This document shows positions 57,195-64,000 of a DNA stretch of 64,000 bases, piece by piece. The stretch lies in the NCBI GenBank assembly GCA_903878805.1, contig CAIRJF010000028.1, positions 12,529 to 76,528 of the forward strand, read 5' to 3'. Below the pieces are notes generated by a model. It was not told where the DNA came from and did not search any database. It was given only the letters and a program-made list of their open reading frames with translations. This DNA comes from an uncultured Verrucomicrobia subdivision 3 bacterium (GTDB lineage: Bacteria > Verrucomicrobiota > Verrucomicrobiia > Limisphaerales > UBA11358). How positions within the stretch are numbered: position 1 is the stretch's first letter; each line of letters opens with the position of its first letter. Both the position numbers and the translations under genes were made by a program.

Positions 57195-57514
57195 TGAAAA
57201 AGCCACTTTTTGCTGCGTTTAGCTTTAGCATAATACCATTGATTATATTAGCGATTATTGCGATTTCGTATTTAAAGACTTTTGCTCTAATTGCGTCTTT
57301 TTTGCCCTAAAAACAGCAACCAGTATCAAATTGCAGTATCAGATTTGAACTTGTCAAAAAATACCACGGCGCAGAAATTTTCCAAGCTCTCCACCTTGGT
57401 CAGTCGCGCGGTTGAGATCGTGCGTGACACCACCAACTCGACAACACAACGAAAATTCACAGTCCAGCAGTCTTTCCAAGGTGGCCTTTAGAAAAAGCCG
57501 CATTATGCAAAACC

Positions 57515-57533
57515 TGTCCTTTACAAAAGGACA
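57515..57533. promoter_or_regulatory. Palindromic operator candidate upstream of the ATPase
   Basis: TGTCCTTT-aca-AAAGGACA. Confidence 0.5.
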
Positions 57534-57554
57534 CATTTAGGGAATCGTTTCGCC

Positions 57555-58880
57555 ATGAGTTTGCATCCGGTCCTGGCCGAAAAATTGAGCGCCGCCCTTG
57601 AGCCGGCGGCAAAAATGCCATTGACCGTCCGTGACGCGCGCCTGCCAGCGGTGCCGGGCAAGGTTCATGCCGTGATCGGCCTGCGACGGGCAGGCAAAAC
57701 AATTTTTTTGCGGCAACTGTTGGCCGAGCAGCGGGCCAAGCTGTCGTCCGAGCGGGCTATTTACTTGAGTTTTGACGACGACCGTTTGGTTGGCATCGGC
57801 GTGGAGCAACTTGGCTTTTTGCTGGAAGAGTATTACCGGCAGTTTCCCGCGTTGCGCGGCAAGCAAATGGTGCATTGGTTTCTGGATGAAATCCAGTTGG
57901 TGCCGAATTGGGAGCGGTTTGTGCGCCGGGTGCTGGACTCCGAAAAAATGGAACTGGTGGTTTCGGGTTCGTCGGCCAAGATGCTGTCGCGGGAAGTCCA
58001 CACTTCGTTGCGTGGTCGCGGACTGGCGACGGTGATCCGCCCATTCAGCTTCCGGGAATTTCTCCGGCATCGCGGTGAGGAGCCGGACAAGGAGCCGCGC
58101 CGTTGGACGGCGGCGGCGCGTTCACTGGTCGAGAAGCGTTTTCGGGAATACCTCGCGCAAGGTGGTTTTCCCGAAGCCCAAGAATTGCCGGCGGCCTTGC
58201 AGGTCGAGCTGTTGCAAGGTTACGTGGACACGGTGCTGTTTCGTGACGTGGTGGAGCGGTATGAACTGACGCAGGTAGCCGCTCTGCGCTGGCTGGTGCG
58301 TCACTGCCTCCGCAATCCGGCGTCCAGCTTTAGTGTCCACCGTTTGCATCAGGACATGAAATCACAAGGACATGGAGTGGCCAAGGACGCTGTGCATACG
58401 ATGTTGGCACATTTGCTGGACGCTTTTCTTTTATCCGCCGTTCCACTGGCTACAGATTCCGAACGGCAGCGAAATTCAAATCCCCGGAAAATATATCCAG
58501 CCGATTCCGGCTTAATCCGGGCATTTGACAACAGCGGGCGGAGCAATACCGGCCACGCGCTCGAAACCGTGGTGATGGCCGCGTTGGAACGGCGCGGCTT
58601 CGACGTGAGTTACGTCAAAACCGACGAGGGTTTTGAAGTGGATTTTCTGGCGCAGCATACGACGAAAGGTTCGGAGTTAATCCAAGTTTGTGCCGACCTG
58701 CGAAATCAGGAGACGCGCGAACGCGAATTGCGCGCCCTTCAGGCAGCAGCCAAAACCTATCCGCGCGCCACCTGCCGGTTGCTGGTTCTCGACCGGGATG
58801 CAGCATCAAGTGTGAGCGGGCCAGGAGTGGAAGTGCAGCCGGCTTATGAGTGGCTGCTGGGCAGCACGGCGGTGGAGTGA
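57555..58880 (+). CDS. AAA+ ATPase (COG1373/DUF4143 type) with PD-(D/E)xK-like C-terminus
   Basis: GLRRAGKT, FLDEIQ, SGSS, LRGR, GGFPE, KIYPADSG, EVDF...IQVC. Confidence 0.88.
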   Translation: MSLHPVLAEKLSAALEPAAKMPLTVRDARLPAVPGKVHAVIGLRRAGKTIFLRQLLAEQRAKLSSERAIYLSFDDDRLVGIGVEQLGFLLEEYYRQFPALRGKQMVHWFLDEIQLVPNWERFVRRVLDSEKMELVVSGSSAKMLSREVHTSLRGRGLATVIRPFSFREFLRHRGEEPDKEPRRWTAAARSLVEKRFREYLAQGGFPEAQELPAALQVELLQGYVDTVLFRDVVERYELTQVAALRWLVRHCLRNPASSFSVHRLHQDMKSQGHGVAKDAVHTMLAHLLDAFLLSAVPLATDSERQRNSNPRKIYPADSGLIRAFDNSGRSNTGHALETVVMAALERRGFDVSYVKTDEGFEVDFLAQHTTKGSELIQVCADLRNQETRERELRALQAAAKTYPRATCRLLVLDRDAASSVSGPGVEVQPAYEWLLGSTAVE

Positions 58881-59036
58881 AGCAATTCCCCGCACTGCTT
58901 ACGGAACAGGCTGACAATCCGCGCGGTCACAAAAACTTTCGATCATATTAAAGCACTTTGGTTTTAAGCGGCTAAAAGCAAAGTATGGTTTCCGGAGGTG
59001 GCTGGAATTGCTAAAATTTTTTGTGCGGTTTAGATT

Positions 59037-59255
59037 TTACTGCGTATCGCTTTGCAATAGTTTCAGCAGTTCAGTTTTTGGAACGAGGAATTTGCCGCGC
59101 AGGGCGCGGCAAGCTTTGAGTTTTCCGCGTTGGATCAGGCGATAAACGCTGAAATAGTTCACGCCAAGCATATCGGCGGATTCCTGGATGGAATACGCCA
59201 GTCGTTCGGTCGGCGGTGAAACGGTCACTGGTTTGGTGTCGGGTTGGTTTTGCAT
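59037..59255 (-). CDS. Excisionase-like HTH protein
   Basis: RLAYSIQESADMLGV...VYRLIQRGKL....LVP. Confidence 0.85.
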   Translation of the reverse strand: MQNQPDTKPVTVSPPTERLAYSIQESADMLGVNYFSVYRLIQRGKLKACRALRGKFLVPKTELLKLLQSDTQ

Positions 59256-59578
59256 AGGGATTCCTTTTGAGTTGGTTCAGGGTCAGGTGAGAAGTCATGG
59301 AGTTCGTCCGGGATGTGTTCGTGAATGGTTTCATCCATTGGCCGTTGCCAATCAATTGGGGGAAACAAGTCGGTGTGGCGCACCTTCAACGCCGCCGCGA
59401 CAATTAGCACGTCAAAGTCCGCGATGTGAATCGAGCCGCCTTCGATTTTGGAAACGGTGCTGCGCGTCGCGTTGTGCCAGCCGGCGTGGTTCAACTCGAC
59501 AGCAAACTTCTCCTGCGTCCAGTCGCGATCTCGGCGCAGTTTGACAACTTGTTTCCAAATTAGATTCAGCTTCTTCAT
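59225..59578 (-). CDS. XRE-family transcriptional regulator
   Basis: LRRDRDWTQEKFA...TRSTVSKIEGG...AAALKV. Start at 59578 (or 59593). Confidence 0.8.
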   Translation of the reverse strand: MKKLNLIWKQVVKLRRDRDWTQEKFAVELNHAGWHNATRSTVSKIEGGSIHIADFDVLIVAAALKVRHTDLFPPIDWQRPMDETIHEHIPDELHDFSPDPEPTQKESLCKTNPTPNQ

Positions 59579-60415
59579 CGGCAACCGGAGCATTATCTCA
59601 GGTGGTCGGCTTTGGGTTGTGTGATTTTCGCACAAGATGCCACCGCCAGTTTTAGCGCAAATCGGGCAGGCAGGTTGTAATGATTTCCTTACAACTTTTG
59701 CCGGGACGATTTGGCCAAAACCGATGCTTCCGCCAACGCGGAATCATTCCGCGCTGGGGAAGTATTTTTGTGGGGTCATCAAGCCGACGCGCCGAACGAC
59801 GGTCGAACTCTCGCCAATAGAAGCCTCAATTGAGGGTCGCTTTCGCTTTGCAGGCAATAGCCTGACCTATGATAGGTGAAGATTTGACCGGGCAGATGAA
59901 TCAGCGTTCAAATGAAAAAAGAAGCGGAGAAAAAAAGCACGGCAACCAACCCAGGCACGCACCCGGAACGAGCAGGTGATGCGCGGAGCATCGCCACGCT
60001 GCCCGGCACGGCAGCCAGAGTGCCTACGAAGCCAGACCGCGACGACCATCGCGCGGCGAAGCAGGAAAGGTTCAGACACCGTTCCGACATGCCAACAATC
60101 CAACCCTAAAAGCCGTCTGATTTTTCGACGAACCGACCAACGACGGGCTACGCGGCAACGCACGAGCAAACCACCGACACGCTACCGACGCGGATTCGTT
60201 CTGCTGTCCGGTTGGTGACGACGAACGGCCCGGCGTTCGGTGCGGACACTCAAACAAACTTAATTGCGTCCGCTCCGGGCGGCGGGACGGGCGGCGATCA
60301 CGAACCGGCTCAAACTTCTTTCAGCGCTGGCAGCGGGTTGCCTTTCGGGCGCGGAGCCGCTGGGCAAAGCGTGCGAAAGGCAACCGGCGCCGAGCGTTCC
60401 ACGGTGATGTTCGGC

Positions 60416-60814
60416 TCACGATTCACGCAATCGAAAGTTTGTCGAAACTTCACTGGTCGGTGATTTATTTCGTCCCACTTGATTCGCCGCTGGCGTGGCG
60501 GTTCCGTTTTTATTACGTCTGCCTACGTGCGCTTTGACGTTCCGCGTCCCGCCGAGTGACCAGCGGTTCAAACAATCACGGAGCCTCGCCACGGTGACGG
60601 GCACACCAGCCGTTTTCAGTTCCGCCGCCAGTTGTTGACTGCTCCAGCCGTTGCGCTGTAAAGCAAGTAACTTTTCCCGGAGTGGTTCGAGCATGGCCAG
60701 CGCGGTGTTCCGGCTGCCGGGCGGCTCGGTCTGCGACAGCAGTTCCAGTTTTTGATTGAGTGCCGCGTAGTTAAGTTGGGCGGCGGTTTCAGCGTAATTG
60801 ATCCGTTGGCTCAT
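60416..60814 (-). CDS. StbA/TraK-like small DNA-binding protein
   Basis: LEPLREKLLALQRNGWSSQQLAAELKTAGVPVTVARLRDCL, a winged-HTH-like pattern; divergent from the relaxase. Confidence 0.55.
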   Translation of the reverse strand: MSQRINYAETAAQLNYAALNQKLELLSQTEPPGSRNTALAMLEPLREKLLALQRNGWSSQQLAAELKTAGVPVTVARLRDCLNRWSLGGTRNVKAHVGRRNKNGTATPAANQVGRNKSPTSEVSTNFRLRES

Positions 60815-60854
60815 AGGTTTATTTCAGTTGTGGTTCGATTGGCGTTTTAGTTTT

Positions 60855-60953
60855 TATCCGATTCTGGTTCGATTTACATCCGATCTTCATACGATTTACG
60901 TTCGATTCGTATTTGATTTTTGTTCGATCTTCGTTCGATCCGCATCCGATTTT
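60855..60953. repeat. 11-bp-periodic direct-repeat array (9 copies)
   Basis: CGAT cores at 60859, 60870, 60881, 60892, 60903, 60914 (TGAT), 60925, 60936 and 60947. Confidence 0.88.
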
Positions 60954-60969
60954 TCGGCGGTTCTTTTTT

Positions 60970-61240
60970 CAATCCGCCCCTTTCACCCAGAAAGGCGGGG
61001 TTAGTGTCATGGCTACTTTTCCCCATTTACCCACCAAACCTGATCCGTTCACTCCCGCCATTACTTGCATCCTCACCGTAGCATGAACCGGTTTAACGAA
61101 TGCACCTGGTTGAGCGCATTCCGTCGTAAATTCCATGCTACCGTGGACAGCATGAATCGAATCTTAACTGAAACGAATTGGTCAGGTTGTGACGATAGCA
61201 TCACAACCCCTGGATCAAGGTTCTGCTAACGTGGTGAATT
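60970..61240. other. Probable oriT region
   Basis: Non-coding DNA upstream of the relaxase with several inverted repeats (CCGCC..CTTTC/GAAAGGCGG; GTAGCATG/CATGCTAC; GGTTGTGA/TCACAACC). Confidence 0.5.
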
Positions 61241-64000
61241 ATGTTTACCGGCATACCCCAAAAGAATCGGGCGGGTGCAGAGTCATACTTTGATGAGCAT
61301 CTGTCGCAGAATGATTATTACACCCAAGGCCAAACGGAATGTGGTCACTGGCTGGGGATTGGAGCGGCAGAGTTGGGGTTGAAACCAGGTGGCATTGTCA
61401 CCCGTGACGCCTTCCTGAAATTATGCGACAACCAACATCCGATCACCGGGGAACAACTCACACCGCAACAGTTCAAGGAGCGACGGATTTATTTCGACTT
61501 CGTTTGTTCACCGCCAAAATCCGTTTCCATTCTGGCAGTGACAATGAATGACCAGCGCATCATCGAAGCGCATAAGGAAGCCTCGCACTTGGCGATGCGT
61601 GAACTCGAATCCTTCGCCGCTGCCAGAGTTCGCAAGGGTGGTATTCAGGAGCAGGACCGCGTCACTGGCAGTTTGGTCGGCGCGGCATTCCTGCATACCA
61701 CATCACGTTTACTCGATCCACAGTTGCATACGCATTTCGTCTTGTTCAACGCGACCTGGGATAAAACGGAGCAACGTTGGAAGGCATTGCAGACGGGCGA
61801 TATGTTTGGTGCCATCAACTACGGCACGGCGGTGTATCGCAACGAACTCGCCAAGCGGCTGCACCAAATTGGCTACGCGATCAAGCGCACCGGGACGGCG
61901 TTTGAAATCGAGGGGGTTGACCCAAAATTTATCGAACGGTTCTCGAAACGCTCTCAACAACGCGACGTGGCGGTGAAACGGCAGGAAACAAAACTCGGTC
62001 GCAAACTGACCAACCAAGAAATTGCCCATGTGGTCCATCAATCGCGCCCGAAAAAAATCAAGGGCGCATCCGATGACGACGTGCGTCACCAGCAACTCGG
62101 CGAGATTGGTTTTTTTGAAAAGCGGGCACTGCGAAAAGTGGTTGCAGCGGCCAATGGCGTTCCGAGAAATTTCACGGAGAAAGTGGTGACGGATGATGCC
62201 CTCGCCCACAGCCTCGGCCATATTTTTGAACGGCGTTCCGTTGCGCCCAAACACAAGATTTTGGAAACTGCGTTGGTGCATGGCTTCGGGCAACTGGATT
62301 TGGCGCGACTGAAAGCCGAACTGGACGGAAGACCGAGTTTGGTGCGGGTGGGTTCCGAGTTTTCGACGCGCTCGATTTTGAACAACGAACTACGGTTGAT
62401 TCACTCGGTCAACGAAGGAATTGGAGCGGTCGTGCCATTCGTGCATCAGTGTGAACCATCGGCCCATCTCGGCTCCGATCAGCGCAAGGCGCTGGCGCAC
62501 GTCCTCACCAGCCCAGATCGCATCACCGGCTTTCGCGGCCTCGCCGGTTCCGGCAAAAGCACATTGCTCAAGGAACTCGCCCGCAGTTTGTATCGCGAAG
62601 GTTTCGACGCCGTGGTTTTTGCGCCGACGGCTTCGGCGGCGGACACGCTCCGCAAAGACGGCATCGAAGCCAACACACTGGCACAACTGCATACCAACTT
62701 GAGTGTTCGTAGTCGGCTCGGCCCCCGCTCGGTGATTATTCTTGATGAGGCCGGTGCGGTCGGCCTCGACGATATGGTGAATCTGTTCGAGGTAGCCCTG
62801 CGCAAGGAGTGTCGCATCGTCCTCTCAGGTGATACCGGGCAACACGCCAGCGTCGCGCGCGGCGATGCGCTTCGCATCATCGAACAGTATTCCAGCTATC
62901 GCTTCAGTGAGCTGACGACGATCCGCCGCCAGAAGCCCGCCGAGTTCCGGCAAGTGGTTGAACTCGCCGCTGCCAAACAAACCGACAAGGCGTTTGCAAA
63001 ACTGGTCGAACTTGGCGCGGTCAATGAGTTACCCAATGACAATAGCCAACTTTACCAGCGTGCCGCCGACGCGTATGTCTCGGCCACGAAACAAGGCAAG
63101 TCTGCACTGCTCGTCTCGCCAACGTGGGCGGAAATTGAGGCGGTGACGGAAAAAGTGCGCGAGACTCTGCGGGTCGGCCACCAAATCGGGCAAGACGAAC
63201 AGATGTTTCACGTCTTTGACTCACTCTCATGGACGGAAGCGCAAAAGAAAAATGCCCGTCAGTTTGAACCCGGTCAACGTCTCCGATTCCTCCGCCAGAT
63301 CAAAAAATTTGAACGTGGTGAAACGGTGGAAGTGGTAGCCACGATTGAAACTGGTGTGCGCGTCCGGCGTGCCGATGGCACGGAAGTGGATTTTATACCG
63401 GCAAGTGCCGCCGCATCGTTTGATGTGGGCGAGTCGCGTGAATTAAAAGTTGCCGCTGGTGATTGGCTTTTATTGCAGGCGAATCACGGCAGAGAATTTA
63501 TCAACGGCGAGCGCGTTCAAGTGAAGGCGATTCAAGCTGGCCACATCGCGCTCACCGATGGCCGCACACTTCCCGCTGCCTACAACACGTTCACGCACGG
63601 CTACGCCGTCACGTCCCATTCGTCGCAAGGTAAAACCGTGGATGAAGTTTTACTGGTCGCGTCTTCAAAATCTTTTCCCGCCGTCAACCGCGAGCAGTTT
63701 TACGTTTCGATCTCGCGCGGTCGCGAACGCGTCCAGATTTTTACTGACGATGCCGAATTGCTCGCCCGCCGCGTCACGGACACCCACGAACGCACTGCCG
63801 CCGTGGAACTGTTGGCGCTCCACCAAGAACTCGCCAAGCTAGGCTATACGCCAAAAGAAAAGTTGGAAAAACTCATAGCGCCGCCAACGGTGGCCGTCTG
63901 CAAGGATGACTTTCGCACGGTGCGCCCGATGCGTGACTTGATGCCGCGTCTGCGCCGCCTCACCCGCCTTTCACCAGTGCAAAGAGTCATACAACTGGTC
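61241..64000 (+). CDS. MOBF (TrwC/TraI-like) relaxase-helicase, runs off the window end
   Basis: Not in the ORF track. Manual translation: MFTGIP...ESYF...NDYY, FDFVCSPPKSVS, HTTSRLLDPQLHTH, then in-frame GLAGSGKS, LDEAG and YAVTSHSSQGKTVD. Confidence 0.95.
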   Translation, partial: MFTGIPQKNRAGAESYFDEHLSQNDYYTQGQTECGHWLGIGAAELGLKPGGIVTRDAFLKLCDNQHPITGEQLTPQQFKERRIYFDFVCSPPKSVSILAVTMNDQRIIEAHKEASHLAMRELESFAAARVRKGGIQEQDRVTGSLVGAAFLHTTSRLLDPQLHTHFVLFNATWDKTEQRWKALQTGDMFGAINYGTAVYRNELAKRLHQIGYAIKRTGTAFEIEGVDPKFIERFSKRSQQRDVAVKRQETKLGRKLTNQEIAHVVHQSRPKKIKGASDDDVRHQQLGEIGFFEKRALRKVVAAANGVPRNFTEKVVTDDALAHSLGHIFERRSVAPKHKILETALVHGFGQLDLARLKAELDGRPSLVRVGSEFSTRSILNNELRLIHSVNEGIGAVVPFVHQCEPSAHLGSDQRKALAHVLTSPDRITGFRGLAGSGKSTLLKELARSLYREGFDAVVFAPTASAADTLRKDGIEANTLAQLHTNLSVRSRLGPRSVIILDEAGAVGLDDMVNLFEVALRKECRIVLSGDTGQHASVARGDALRIIEQYSSYRFSELTTIRRQKPAEFRQVVELAAAKQTDKAFAKLVELGAVNELPNDNSQLYQRAADAYVSATKQGKSALLVSPTWAEIEAVTEKVRETLRVGHQIGQDEQMFHVFDSLSWTEAQKKNARQFEPGQRLRFLRQIKKFERGETVEVVATIETGVRVRRADGTEVDFIPASAAASFDVGESRELKVAAGDWLLLQANHGREFINGERVQVKAIQAGHIALTDGRTLPAAYNTFTHGYAVTSHSSQGKTVDEVLLVASSKSFPAVNREQFYVSISRGRERVQIFTDDAELLARRVTDTHERTAAVELLALHQELAKLGYTPKEKLEKLIAPPTVAVCKDDFRTVRPMRDLMPRLRRLTRLSPVQRVIQLV

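Larger units (their letters stand above)
57195..64000. mobile_element. Integrative mobilisable/conjugative element (left part)
   Basis: Begins at the tRNA fragment with a CAGTATCA direct repeat (57321, 57334). Carries Xis-like, XRE and MOBF relaxase genes. Confidence 0.8.

Noticed and set aside
57155-57240. Intact tRNA-Ser gene
   Set aside because: The 3' anticodon stem, variable arm, T arm and acceptor 3' strand are absent.
59912-60109. 65-aa ORF in the mobile element
   Set aside because: Low complexity with no motif or clear RBS; coding status cannot be supported.
60855-60953. CRISPR array
   Set aside because: The units are contiguous 11-mers with no spacers, and no cas genes are in the window.

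Overview
GC-rich bacterial chromosome. Gene families and repeat types suggest Verrucomicrobiota of the Pedosphaera/Limisphaerales type (inference). Bases 1-53.7 kb are mostly core genes: proA (partial), tsaC/sua5, a sigma54 two-component pair, a MacAB-type exporter, metF, thrS, coaB, xerD, fabD, priA, ruvA/ruvC, thrC and hom. Two envelope loci sit among them. (i) A minus-strand glycan-modification cluster at 16.4-23.2 kb is headed by a 40-aa membrane microprotein, missing from the ORF track, that ends in a DltX-type acyl-shuttle motif (VVYQGF) directly upstream of a DltB-like MBOAT. (ii) A lipid-trafficking cluster at 28.5-35.7 kb couples an HpnN-like MMPL transporter, an uncharacterised aromatic-Pro repeat protein and MlaEFD. 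The core region carries several families of small palindromic repeats and 7-bp-periodic tracts, some in frame inside tsaC and ruvC. thrS has an AT-rich 63-codon segment at a normally short loop, and many genes look leaderless. From about 53.8 kb the window is accessory. A decayed island (truncated kinase, pilin-like gene, integrase remnant) ends at a 5'-half tRNA-Ser(CGA) att junction. A second, mobilisable element follows: AAA ATPase, Xis-like and XRE genes, a StbA/TraK-like gene with an 11-bp-periodic array, an oriT-like region and a MOBF relaxase-helicase running off the end. All protein calls are from motif recognition; no database search was run.
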